The position numbers were made by a program, and so were the translations under genes. This document shows, piece after piece, positions 22,701-39,168 of a stretch of DNA of 45,695 nt (the first letter of the stretch is position 1; every line of letters begins with the position of its first letter). The stretch covers positions 3,120 through 48,814 of the forward strand of contig WELA01001605.1 of assembly GCA_009602735.1 (NCBI GenBank), in the 5' to 3' direction. The notes beneath the pieces were generated by a model. The model was not told the origin of the DNA and made no database searches. It saw only the letters and a program-made list of their open reading frames with translations. Source of the DNA: Mesotaenium endlicherianum (lineage: Eukaryota).

Positions 22701-25700
22701 GGGGCATGCAACCACGGTGTCAAATTGAGCAGCTGCTTAAGGGGATATGTGCGGGGCTGAAGCGCCTCCTGAGGGGGCAGGCCCTGCATGCTCACTTCCT
22801 TCTCGTGATCCCCCTCTCTCTTCCCCCCCCCCCCCNNNNNNNNNNNNNNNNNNNNNNNNNNNNNNNNNNNNNNNNNNNNNNNNNNNNNNNNNNNNNNNNN
22901 NNNNNNNNNNNNNNNNNNNNNNNNNNNNNNNNNNNNNNNNNNNNNNNNNNNNNNNNNNNNNNNNNNNNNNNNNNNNNNNNNNNNNNNNNNNNNNNNNNNN
23001 NNNNNNNNNNNNNNNNNNNNNNNNNNNNNNNNNNNNNNNNNNNNNNNNNNNNNNNNNNNNNNNNNNNNNNNNNNNNNNNNNNNNNNNNNNNNNNNNNNNN
23101 NNNNNNNNNNNNNNNNNNNNNNNNNNNNNNNNNNNNNNNNNNNNNNNNNNNNNNNNNNNNNNNNNNNNNNNNNNNNNNNNNNNNNNNNNNNNNNNNNNNN
23201 NNNNNNNNNNNNNNNNNNNNNNNNNNNNNNNNNNNNNNNNNNNNNNNNNNNNNNNNNNCCCCCCCTCTCCTCCTGATCCTCCCTATCCCCTCGGATCATC
23301 CTCTTCCTCCTTGCTTTCTTCTGCTGCTTCCAGGCAGCTCACCCGAGGTTTTACCCCCCTATCTTCGCCCCTCTTCCCTGGGCTCTCCGCCGCTTTGGGG
23401 CATCTTGGCAGTTGCGCACCGATGTGCGCGCACTCTCACGCACGCCCCAGACACACATACACTCGCACACTTAACCCCGCACACATAACACACGCACGCC
23501 CAACCCTGCACACCCTATTACAGTCACAGTGTGAGGGAATCCACGCATAAATGTCGCAGTCTCCGAACCCGTGGCGGCCGTGCTCTACCTGCACCCCGGG
23601 GCGGGTGGGGGTGGGTGTGTGGGGGGGGTTTGGTTTGGTTGTGCGCGAGCGCGCAGGCAGGAGGACGCGCAGGAGTTTCTGAGCTTTGTGATGGACAGCA
23701 TGCACGAGGAGCTGCTGCGCCTGGAGGGCCGCCTGCCCCCGGGGGCGGGCCTCGACGGGGTGCAGCAGGAGCAGAGTGCTTCCCTGATGGGGGTGGCGGC
23801 GTTGGAGGAGGAGGACGACGAGTGGGAGACGGTGGGCCCCAAGAACAAGACGGCCGTGACGCGCATGCACCTCCTGGCGGAGTCTGCGCTGAGCGACATC
23901 TTTGGCGGGCAGCTGCGCAGCGTTGTCAAGACCACTGGTACGCCTCCTCCGCTTGCCAACACCCGTTCCCGACGCTCGTCTCAACCCACCACCACCTCCA
24001 TGTACACATGCACACAGGCGCGCGCGCGCGCGTACGCGCTCGCTTGCATGCGTGTGTGTTGGTTCGCGTCCCAGCTTGTCCTTCTCACTAGCGTTTACGC
24101 AAAGCCCAGGGAGTGCAGTACACCTGCTGGGCATTCATTACTTTGCTGATGCATTGTTTTTTTATTTTTCCAAATCTTTTAAGGAAAGAGAGAGGGTGCA
24201 CAGCCTGGTGAATGTTTGTCGGCTGTGCCGTAGGTCACCAGGGCAACAGAAAAACGCCTGAAAGCGTTACTGTGGCTGCGGTGTCTAGGAAGTCCAACCA
24301 CGTAGCGGGATTGAAATTGAGGTGCTTTTTTTGTACGTTTTGTTTGTGCTTGTTCGACTCGTATTCCTTTTCCACTTTGAATATTCACTTATTCTTTTGA
24401 AAGGGGGGGCGGGGGGGGGGGGATGCTTTGTCCAGGCAACAAGGCGTCAGCAACAGTGCAGCCGTTCCTGCTGCTGCATTTGGACATCCTGCCGGAGGCT
24501 GTGGCCTCCGTGGAGCAGGCGCTGCAGCTGCTCACGGCTCCCGAGACGCTGGACGGTTACCGCGCACGTCCCGGAAAGGTCAGTCTGCGGCCCGGCTCCA
24601 CTGAGCCCGTCCCCCAAAAGCTCCGCCCTGGCCCTCTGATTCGACCGCATGCAACGCAGGGAGGGGGGGGGGACCCTGAGCCCACGCTATTTCTTGGAAA
24701 ATGATGATCGGGAATTAGAAAGAAGGACTTATTTTGCACAAGCCGAGAGCTGCAGAATGCAGCATTGTGGTGCGTCGCTGGCATGGCTCCTCAATTGGTG
24801 GTCGGGTGGTCGTTCGTTGGGTCCGTGTGCCGTGAGCTGGGGGGGGTNNNNNNNNNNNNNNNNNNNNNNNNNNNNNNNNNNNNNNNNNNNNNNNNNNNNN
24901 NNNNNNNNNNNNNNNNNNNNNNNNNNNNNNNNNNNNNNNNNNNNNNNNNNNNNNNNNNNNNNNNNNNNNNNNNNCACACACACACACACACACACACACA
25001 CCACACACACAAGCAGAGAGAGGGACCAAGATATAGACACAAAGCGAGTGACACAGGCACACATATGCGCGCGCGCACACACATACACAGGCACATGCAC
25101 ACATACACATACCTTGATGAGCTTGTTGCTCTCCACATGAGCGCCAAGTGCCGCCTCGTAGGCCTCCTCCTCCAGCGCCACGTCATCCTCCACCGCCTCT
25201 TCCAGGACAGCTGTCAGGTCCTCCAGGCTCTCATCGCCAGCCGCAGCCAGGATGAGAGCTGAGTACGTGCTGCCACTTGGCTGCAGGCCGGCGCCCCTCA
25301 TCTTCATGAGGAGAGCCCGAGCCTGCACCACACACATCGACACAATGCACTCGCTCACGCGTTTGCTTCCTTCGAGGTGAAAGCACAAGCACTCGATTCC
25401 TACCTGCCAGGTGGCGCATACACACTTGACACCTGCAGACCACAACACGGGCCGCATGGGCAACAACCTAACAATTGCACGAAATGATCAACAAATACGC
25501 CCAACTAATTGGACACGCCATAACAAATAAAATGTCCTGAACAAATTGAACGTGCTAATTGAACTGCATGTGCAAAATTGAATGCGCCGAATGTGCCCAC
25601 CTCCCGGAGCTGGCCGCTGTAGGCGTGGGCAGCAATGAGCGCGGCGAACCCAAACTGCGCGTTGCCCCACCGCTGCCGTCCCATGCGCGCGATGAGCTCG

Positions 25701-26724
25701 TGCGCATGCGCCGCAAAGTGGCCCTGCGCGAGCGCCGCACAGGTGTCGGCGCTGGGCTCCTCGCCCTCCCCCCCACCCACTTCTCACTTTTCCCACTACT
25801 CCCACATTCTAAGAGAGAAAAAAACTTCCACCTTGCAAGCCAGGCTTAGGTTTAAGATTTAGGCTAGATGCGAACGGTCATGCTCTGGAGTGGGGGTGGT
25901 CAGAGACAAGGATTGGTTCAGGCTAGGGTCATTGTGGTGCATTGAAGCAGATACCTTCTCCATGTTCATTCTCTCTTATCTTGCCACATGGCAATAGCAG
26001 GTGCAATGCAGCTGAGAGGGCAGTCGTGGCAGTGCTCTGGCTGCAGTGCTCTGGCTGTCGGTGCCTGTATTTTGCGTCTTTCCCACGTAGGGGAATGATT
26101 TTGACTGCTTGTTTATGTCTGTTCTATTGATATTACACAACTTACTCATGAAACGTCGTAGCATGTGTTTGTTCTGAAGTAACAGGTGATTAAGTCGTAC
26201 TGACGTTCAGGGTTTACTGACGGAGGATACTGCATGGAGAAATTGTGGAACTTTGTGGCGCGGGACTTTTCTCCGCAAAGAGGACAGAGGGAAAGAGGCA
26301 CTGTCACGAGAGCTCATTTCAGAAATGCGCTTGAGTAAAGATATAAGCGACACATGAGACTGCATGCCCTAAAGTGGGGACAGGTCGTAAGCTGTGCTTG
26401 CATGGCAGGCAGTTATCATCCTGGCATCATTACCTTCGTGTTGTTTTTTGCATCGCGTTAACGTCCCCCTCCCCTGGTCCTGGGTTCTTTTTTTGCCTGC
26501 CCTGAAAATGCACGCGAGTGCAGGCGAGGTCGTATGAGCTGGTGGCCACGGTGACTCATCATGGGAAGGACCCATCTGGCGGTCACTACACGGCCGACAC
26601 ACGACAGCCCGACAACCGGTGGCTGCGGTTCGACGACGGGAATGTTTTGGTGGTGCCTCAGTCACGTGTGCTTCACGACCAGGCCTATCTCTTGCTGTAC
26701 CGCCGCCTAGCCTCTGATCTGTAG
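19741..26724 (+). CDS. UBP24: Ubiquitin carboxyl-terminal hydrolase, UBP24/USP10/Ubp3 family (peptidase C19); some exons missing from the assembly
   Basis: Exons: 19741-19752 (MTGK, gtacgt donor); 20087-22348 (VFLFGSFSEDES...KSWAAL...Cys box PRGLLNTGNSCFLNSTAQALLSCSPF); 23657-23937 (QEDAQEFLSFVMDSMHEELL..EWETVGPKNK..LSDIFGGQLRSVVK); 24436-24578 (NKASATVQPFLLLHLDI..ETLDGY); 26524-26724 (His box YELVATVTHHGKDPSGGHYTAD..WLRFDD..AYLLLY, stop TAG). Confidence 0.93.
21773..21900 (+). repeat. Coding hexamer repeat (GCCCCT/GCTCCT/GTCCCT) encoding a Pro-Ala linker in UBP24
   Basis: Translation PAPAPAPAPAPVPAPVPAPTAAPIPAVAPAPVPAPAPAPAPP. Confidence 0.85.
24975..25010. repeat. (CA)n microsatellite at a gap edge
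   Basis: CA run immediately after the N gap. Confidence 0.9.
25113..25775 (-). CDS. Two internal exons of a P-class pentatricopeptide-repeat (PPR) protein (fragment)
   Basis: Exon ~25775-25601 (donor gtgggc) splices in frame to exon 25322-25113 (acceptor gtgcag, donor gtatgt). The join gives FGFAALIAAHAYSGQLRE|ARALLMKMRGAGLQPSG-STYSALILAAAG..., a 35-aa PPR motif followed by the start of the next repeat. Confidence 0.8.
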
Positions 26725-28314
26725 GCTGGAAGGAGGGGGTCCTCCATCTTGGGAATCGGTGCTATTGATGTTCAGGGTCAGGTTCTTTTAGCAAGCAGCC
26801 CAGGGGGCCTGGAAGTTGAGGCTCAAGCTCTAATAGGGTTTTTCATGAAATAATAGAATGCCTGCCTGCAGTCCTCCATTTGCGCTCCTTGCGCCTGGAG
26901 CTTGCCGGTTGCTGATGCTTTGCTGACTAACCTCTTCCATTTTCTTATAGTGATCGATGTTGCTTTTTCCATTCAATGATTCAACGAAAAGTCTTGCTAC
27001 GCATCAGTGGAAGAAACATCAACGATGCAACTCATTTGAGGGTGTTAACTCTCGTAGTGGCTGATTCAGGTAGTTTGTTATCTGCGTGCAAGTTGACCTT
27101 CTTGAGGCTTTGTACTCGTGCATTCTGTCCACTTGACAGAAATGTGTCTAATACCTGCCCTCTGCATGCATCAAATGTCAACTCGGTTTCACAAGGTTCA
27201 TATATTTTATCTGTTGTAAATCAAAGCAGTGCATTACATATCTAGAAAGTTTTAAGTCTGCATGTGTGTGGCATTGTTGAACAATCATAATAAAGCCTTA
27301 TATCGCCTTCATTGATGTACGCTCAAAAAAATTCTGAAGAACATTGGCTCATGCATCGTGTTGTTATTTTATCATGCATCTCACACAAATTAATTTTTAA
27401 TTTAAACCAATATCCATCGTACCCGATTATCAAATAAGACTCCTTGCGTTACTAATCAGTATCCATAATGCAAATCCATCTGAAGGGCTTGCATATTGCA
27501 GAAGTTAAGTGCTCTCAACTCGCTGCACCGTATATCCATCATCATAATGAGAAATCTATGCAGCTAGCCTTCAATGAACAATGCATAAATTCCACAGTTT
27601 CATAACATCAAGTAACATATGTAGCTATGTTGGCAATGTATATCGCCACCGGCGACAAAGCCCCGAGTGACTACATACCAAGTTATGAATCAGTGAACCT
27701 ATTCAAAAGTAGTCCTTAACTAAAATGGTATATTGGCATAGCCAATTTCACAATGTATCTACATGTCCTTTTTTGGTCGATTGGAGAAACTAAGAAATGT
27801 CTCATAAATTGAACATAAGAACGACATACCCTATGGTCTTATCAACCACAGATAGGAATACTTGACACCTTTGTGACATATATGGACAGATTATAATATA
27901 TCCTTCCCCTAGCTGAAGACCCACAAAAGAGCCCAAATAGAGGTCACCGGAGAAAGTAATCTGCTTGTGGGGGATGGTTTGTGAAAAAGGGCATGTGCTC
28001 AAGCAAACACAGGTGGCTGATTGGTAGAAGGGCATAGGAGCAGATACAAGGTGTAACTGTGAAAAAGGGCTTACTTCTTGATAGGAGAGGGCAGGCATGG
28101 CTGGGCGCAATTGCAGCATCTAACTATGGCTATAAGATGGTTTGCCAATGAACTAGAATGAAAGAGTATGCTCGAAGGTCGGCTTGAGACCATATATTGT
28201 GGCCTTGCATGATTAAAAACTCGCGATCAATATATGCCCAGAAGACCATTACCTTAGAAGACCATGCTACCCTACCTACTCAGGCGCGACATGAAACAAC
28301 CGTCTTTAATTCTT

Positions 28315-32796
<4,482 letters not shown>

Positions 32797-34202
32797 ATTC
32801 CAACACAGCTTCAACTCCTGCACGAAGAAAGGAATGCAGAAATATTCCGTCATTTTAGTGTAGAAGCAGCGAACGCAAACATTCCTAAAAGTAAATATCA
32901 GGTAGAGTGGTTTCAAGTTGCTTATTGCGTAGAAAGAGCAGCATGAGGTGTTAAACTAAGATACTCTCAAGCTGTATATGCTGCAATTAAAAGCACAAGC
33001 TTACTTTCTCTCCAGCAAGTATGTGCTCATCCATTAGCTCTTGTATGTCAGCACCTCATACCAGGTATAAATTTTATGTCATCCCAATCATGAAGGAAAG
33101 TCATGTTGTCACGCAAGCCCGGCAAATACAGACAGGATAAGTGAAACAAGCTAGCCAAAGGGAAGCATGCCACAATCATCTGCAAGCTTCTATACGAAGC
33201 TTGAGGTGTATACAGCCAGCCTGTGCATGTTTTGCCAGATTAAATACGCAAGTAATCTGGCGACTACAGAGTCGACTATTAAGAGCAGGCTAAGAGGGGA
33301 GCTCCTTTTGGTTAGTGGAAATTACTGAACAAACAATCTATTCCCACCTTAATATTAAAATATCCTCAACGGGTCAAGGCATGGCCCCAACGACTTGCTA
33401 CGGCTTGAATTCGACTCTTTGCTTTAAAGGGACGTATGTGTTGCCCCACCACTTACCGCGAGCACGGAATGGATGCCAGCGACGAGGAGACGAAGTCGAC
33501 GCGGTCAGACCTTGCAAGCCTCTGAAAGGTATTTTTACAGTCGATACAGGCATGGTGAAAGTACTTCCGTAGGAACATTCAGTAATCACAGCTCCTCGAA
33601 TCATGGTCATGACTAGTTTGTTTTTCTCTTTCAAAGAGCTCAGTAAATTAGACATCTCTTCAAGACAAGTGGCGCCATAGAATGATCCAGATATAGACTT
33701 GCTTCAGCAACGAGGTCACTGCTTCCACTGTCCTCTTTCAAAGTATGATTCAGAGAGAGCCCTCGGTTAACCTGTGCAGTCGATATGTCGAGGTGTCGAC
33801 TCGTAAGGAGAGAATGTGAGCGAGCATGGGCCGTTAACGAGGTTGGTGTCCTGGGTGTTAAGTTAGCATGCACTGTGATTTGATACAATGTAGGAAACGA
33901 GTGAGCAGGCCTGGAGCAACAGGTAGCGACTCACTTACCAAGTGTGACGGAGGCTCACTTAAGCATGCGAATCAAGCGTGTAAATCAGCCTCTCGTCTTA
34001 CGCACGGCCGAAAAAAGAAAGGACTTCAACAACTTAGAATTTCATAGAATCTATGTTTGAAAATGCAGCAAACACTTACTCGAAGTAGCACTTGTACATT
34101 CCTACTTTTTATCCTATACTTCATAATTCTTTTCATTCAGCTTTCCATTTGTTATGTGAAAATCTTTGCAAATTTTCAAACCATCAAGCATATGATAAAC
34201 CA

Positions 34203-34451
34203 TGAAAGGGGCAGAGTGCCCTAATGGAAGCGTAGTGACTCTCGAGGAAAAGAACTAGTTGCAATCATACCCTAGAATGCAACGGCGTATCACTAAGGAA
34301 GCTTAGAAAAATTACTCAGCATTTTGAGTAGCAAGAAATTGCTCACAAATGTACTAGAATGAAAGGCCTCGTCATTACAAACCCGTAGAAATTTACAGAA
34401 GTGAAAATTGATAAGAAACAAAGAAGTTATCCTTATTTAGAGTTTTTTGCC
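34203..34451 (-). repeat. Truncated 3' LTR (distal ~250 bp only)
   Basis: About 21 mismatches over ~248 bp against 37469-37716 by manual alignment; ends in CA adjacent to the TSD. Confidence 0.9.
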
Positions 34452-34454
34452 GGC

Positions 34455-36408
34455 CGTCCACATAACATCGCCAAATCTTCAAAGCTTGGATAATAGCCAA
34501 CATCTCCCGTTCGTGTGCTGCATAGTTTTGCTCAGCAGGACTCAACTTCCTGCTCTCGTATGCCACAGGTTGTAATCCTTTGCCCTAGTCCTGGAGAAGA
34601 ATGGCCCCCACTGCGAAGTTTGATGCGTCCGTGATGATCGTGAAAGGAAGCTCTGGACTTGCAAATTGCCAACACAGGTGCCTGTGTCAACAACTCCTTA
34701 ATCTTCTCAAAAGCTTGCTGCTCCTTGTCACCCCATAGCCACTTCTCCTACTTCTTTCACATGTCCATGAGAGGTACACACACCTTGGCAAATCCTTCAA
34801 TGAAACGTCGATAATAATTCGCCATGCCGAGGAAACTCCTGAGTTGATGAATGTCAGCAGGCACCGGCCAATCTCTGACTGCTTGCACCTTCTTCTGCTC
34901 CACCTTGACTCCTTCAGCTCCCACTATGTGTCCAAGAAACTTGACTTCCTTGAGACAGAAGTCGCACTTGCTCATCTTCCCATACAGCTTCTGATTTCTC
35001 AAGACGTCCAACACCTTCCTCAGATGCTCCACATGCTCTTCCAAGGTCTTCGAATAGATCAGGATGTCGTCCAAAAATACCACCACAAATTGGTCCAAAT
35101 AGGGTCTGAAAGAACTATTCGTGAGTCCCATGAATGTAGCAGGTGCATAAGTCAACCCAAAAGGCATGACTGTGAAGTCAAATAAACCATAGCGAGTCCC
35201 GGAAGCAGAATTCTGAACGTCTCCTTCCGCAATCCGTACCTGGTGATAGCCACTCCTCCAATCGATCTTCGAGGAATACTTCGCTCCACAAGCCTGTCAA
35301 TCAACTCGTCCACTCGTGGAAGTTTGAACCTGTTCTTGATGGTGACCTTGTTGAGTGCCCGGTAGTCGACACACATCCTCATAGTCCCATCCTTCTTCTT
35401 CACAAATAAGACTGGCGCTGCAAATGGAGACTCGCTGGGTCAGATGAATCCCTTCTCCAACAACTCTGTCAGCTGCTTCTTCAACTCATCCAACTCCGCA
35501 AACGATTAACGATAGGCGCGTCTCACCGGTGCCTTGCTCCCTGGTTCCAACTCGATCTTGTGCTCCATAGCTCTCTGTGGAGGTAATCCTGCAGGTAGCT
35601 CCTCAGGAAATACGCACTCGAACTCCTCCAACAGCGCCTTAATTTGGGCAGGCATCTCAGCAGGCTCCTTCTCTTGAGCAATTGGGCTCTGCTCCTTCTG
35701 AGCAAGGGGATCAGACATCACTACTTGCTCCTCTGACGATGTACATTCGCCTAGGCTGCTAGGGTTCACGCTTGCTCCATCGGATGACCTGGCCAGGGCC
35801 ACCGAAACAAGGTACATCTCCTTCACCTGATTCGTCCTGCATAGCTTCTTAACTTGCAGGCTCGACAGAAGACAGTTACTTGTGGTCGTATCTACCTCCA
35901 CCTGTTTCGCTGTCTCCATTCGACCATCACGCCCTTGGACTTTCACTTGTCCTGCGCTCTAGTGCACTTGAGGGTTGGNCGCTCTAGTGCACTTGAGGGT
36001 TGGCTTTCCTCAGCAATGTTCGGCCCAATATCACCTCATGGTGACCTAAGTCTGCCTGCTCCATAACTTCAGTACTCTGGTGCCCCGCTACTTCCACGTG
36101 AATAGCTTCCGTAGGTGCACCACACTTGAGTCTCTGCCCATTCGCCAAAATTGCCTCCTTAGGCTCATAATGCTTTTGCACACGGATTCGCCACTCTTTC
36201 ACCAGCTTCTTGTGCACAAAGTTTGCACTTGCGCCACTGTCGACCATACACTTCGCCTTGTTGCCGTCGACCACTCGTTCCACGATGATAGGCTTGTCAA
36301 CATCTCGTCTTTCGCTTCTCTGCAGGCTCCTGGGGATAACCTCCTTGTGAGTTCTCGTCTTCACGCCAGTAGACACCCCAGAACGACTTATTGGCGTCCT
36401 CCTTTTTC
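34455..36408 (-). pseudogene. Retrotransposon pol remnant: aspartic protease, reverse transcriptase, partial RNase H
   Basis: Protease [73 protein letters not shown]; RNase H TIITDASNFAVGAILLQ and YESRKLSPAEQNY. Frameshifts and stops are present. Confidence 0.92.
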
Positions 36409-37317
36409 CTACTGTTGAGGTTGCTTCGCCTTCACATCACAGTCTCGAGCCAGATGTCCAAGCTTGCCGCAATTATAGCAGGGTCCTCTCGGCTTGAAAT
36501 TCTGCTGCCTGCGCTGGTACTGCACAAGTCCCAACTCCATGGGTACTGGACCTTGAACACTCGTGCTTGGCGCTTGAGATCCAAAGTGTCGATATCCTCC
36601 AAAGTTGTGGCTGCCCCACTGCCTCTGACTATACTCCACAGCGTCGACCCTTGTTGCCAATGCCATCATTTCTCCAAGACTAGTAGGGTCTTTGAGCGCC
36701 ACTTCCTTGGCCACTNCCTTGGCTACAGTTGGCTTGAGTCCCCTCTTGAACTTGTCCATCATCTCCGACTCGTGCATGGATGGACATTGAAGCACCAGCT
36801 CGTTGAAGGGCGATACATACTCCTGAAAGCTTCCTCATTGACGAAGGCGCACCAATAGATATCGAGCGGTAGCCTCGGGTGCAATAGGTTGAAATTGCTT
36901 CTTCAAGCCTTCAAAAAGCTGATCAACAGTAGCAAGAATTCCAGACAGCTACTCTTCTCGTTCATACCAAGCTCTAGCACTCTTCTGCAGCAAAGTTATG
37001 ACAAAGGCAACTTGCCTGTCGGGCGTGAGCGCAGCATACTCTATAAACTTCTTCACTCCAAAAATCCATTGATGAACAGGCGGCGATCCACGCTCTTCAG
37101 TATACACTTCAGTCTTAGGCGCACGCACTCCCGATGCGGGTGGAATAACTGGTTGCACCACTGGGTTAACATGAATTGGTGGTACAACGGGTGCAGGTGC
37201 CGAACTCGTCGAAGCGGCATTCCCAACAACAACTCGCATCATGCTCTCCACCTCCATGCGCATATTTTGTTGAAATTGGGCTAGACTTCTTCTCCAATTG
37301 GATTTGCCATTTGCCAT
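36388..37317 (-). pseudogene. Retrotransposon gag (disrupted)
   Basis: Gag-like W..VKKFIE..VAFVITLLQKSARAWY, FKRGLKP, GPVPMELG and the CCHC knuckle CYNCGKLGHLARDC; in-frame stops at ~36950 and ~36410. Confidence 0.85.
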
Positions 37318-37453
37318 AGCATCGCCTGCATTTCTTGTTGCTCTCTGGTCATCGTTGGTGCTGCATGCTACCCCGCGCGCTCAACATGCTCGACATGTTC
37401 GCCTCCTCCAATTGCCGGCTGCGACTCCATAATATAATATGCAAACTAGCCCT

Positions 37454-37465
37454 GCTTTAATACCA
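37454..37465 (-). promoter_or_regulatory. Primer-binding site for initiator tRNA-Met
   Basis: TGGTATTAAAGC lies 2 nt downstream of the 5' LTR; the canonical plant iMet PBS is TGGTATCAGAGC. Confidence 0.8.
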
Positions 37466-37467
37466 GA

Positions 37468-38211
37468 AGAAAGGGGCAGAGTGCCCTAGTGGAAGCGTAG
37501 TGACTCACGAGGAAAAGAACTAGTTGCAATCATACTCCAGAGTGCAGCGGCGCATCACTAAGGATGCTTAGGAAAATTACTCAGCATTTTGAGTAGCAAG
37601 TAATTGCTCACAAATGAACTGGAATGAAAGGCCTCGTCATTACAAACCCGTAGAAATTTACAAAAGTGAAAACTGATAAGAAATGAAAAAGTTATGCCTA
37701 TTTATAGTTTTCTGCCTAAGTGCTCCTCTCTAGGAGGAAGCTATGGATTTTCTCAAGTGTTTGTCAAATCGTCCCTTCCTGAGTATTTAAGAGTATGCCA
37801 GATCAGTCTCATCTGACGTGTCGGGTCGAATTGACGTCCACATACATGCATCGACATTACTAGAATATTCTATCTTAGGCGCGCTAGGTTAAACCGGAAC
37901 TTCTAGGTAAATCGACCTAGTCGGCACTCCGGGTCAGCCGAACTTACGTGAGAGTTCAAGTTCACTCTAACGGGCCAGATCGCTCGACGCTGTCGGTCAA
38001 TCCGACGGTCTTGCTCACCGCGAAGTAAGGACAGTCGTCAACCGACCTCAAAACTAATTAAACTTCAGAAATTTGTAACTCTCTCAATACTTAACCAAAT
38101 TCGATGAACTTTATATCAAAATGACCACAAAAATGCACTTTGTATTTCTATGCAATAAAAGCATACTTTCATGAAACTCAAAAATGCACTTTATAAACCT
38201 ATGACCTTACA
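37468..38211 (-). repeat. 5' LTR (~744 bp)
   Basis: Starts TG next to the TSD. Its last ~250 bp (37469-37716) are directly repeated at 34204-34451, and it is followed by the primer-binding site. Confidence 0.88.
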
Positions 38212-38754
38212 AACCACCCCTGGAGCAAGCAAAACGAAGAACTAAAATATTTTCTTTCACGCACTTATAATTGGGACTTAGTGGAGGCTTATTTCACATC
38301 ACTTTGAAGTTTACATGGCGGCATGGGATCTTGAGTGAAGGAGAAGGTTCACGTTACACGTATTCTACATGGCATCATGTGTACACAAACTTTGCTAAGA
38401 AGAGCTTCAAACTAATTCACCTCTACTAGTATAAAAGTCAATTAAAGTGTCTAATTGTAGAAGCATATTGAAAATAATTATTTGGCAATTGTTGGAACAT
38501 GTTGAAAGATACATACACCTCTGTTGTTATGCATCTTATACTTTCATATGAAGTGTTGATGTCATGATCTAAATTTATTGCATAAAAATTACTTGTGCAA
38601 ATATGCATGTTAGAGTTTTCTATGCATACATTACATAAGTGCACAAACATATAATTTATTACATAGTCATACATCATACTTGTGGTTTGCACATGCAAGT
38701 TATTTTGGTATGTGCACGTTATGAAGTGTGTCAACGTGTTGAAGTGTGTCAGTC

Positions 38755-39168
38755 CAAGATGCTAGAGTGTTCTTGTTATAGCTCCTTGGCCCTTTGCACA
38801 CTTATAAGGTAGGTGGCAGATTTAGGCTTTTGGAAGATAAGTTTTAAGGAAGGAAGGTGAAGGAAGACCAGGCACGGAGAGTTAGGTGTTTAAAACATTT
38901 TCATACATCATACATTTGGTTTCGTGGTACATACGCGTGCTCAAGTGTGCCAATATAGAGCTCTTGGGTGACTCAATAATTGCAAGTATTTCAAGGTTGC
39001 ATCTAAGCACGAAATTTTAGAAGCTGCAAAAAGTTGTTACAAGATGCTAGAGTGTTCTTGCTACAACTCATTGACTTTTTGCACACTTGGAAGGTAGTTG
39101 CAGATTGCTAGAATCTAGGAAGATACATTTGAAGGAAGGAAGGTTAAAGACAAACTAGGGACAAAGAG
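38755..39168. repeat. Imperfect direct repeat, two ~125-bp copies ~285 bp apart
   Basis: caagatgctagagtgttcttg...tttgcacactt..aaggtag...ggaagata...aaggaaggaagg at ~38755-38881 and ~39040-39168. Confidence 0.75.

Larger units (their letters stand above)
8055..24974. other. Assembly gaps at 8055-8254, 12922-13264, 14622-14676, 22836-23258 and 24848-24974 (single Ns also at 4080, 35979, 36716)
   Basis: N runs, almost all flanked by G or C homopolymers. Confidence 0.99.
34203..38211 (-). mobile_element. Ty3/Gypsy LTR retrotransposon, decayed and internally deleted (no integrase)
   Basis: Minus strand begins TGTAAGG at 38211 and ends ..CCCTTTCA at 34203. 5-bp target-site duplication AACCA at 34198-34202 and 38212-38216. 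Domain order gag-protease-RT-RNase H, with stops and frameshifts. Confidence 0.93.

Noticed and set aside
21659..23550. Long ORFs spanning N gaps (546 aa and others)
   Set aside because: Artefacts of translating through Ns, and antisense to UBP24.
25843..25864. TTAGG/TTTAGG telomere-like words
   Set aside because: Only two or three degenerate units; not an array.
33315..33900. Short ORFs upstream of GH1 as a possible Copia or integrase fragment
   Set aside because: No recognisable motifs, and they lie outside the TSD-bounded element.
35955..36003. 24-bp exact duplication in pol around an N
   Set aside because: Identical copies on both sides of a single N indicate an unmerged contig overlap, not biology.
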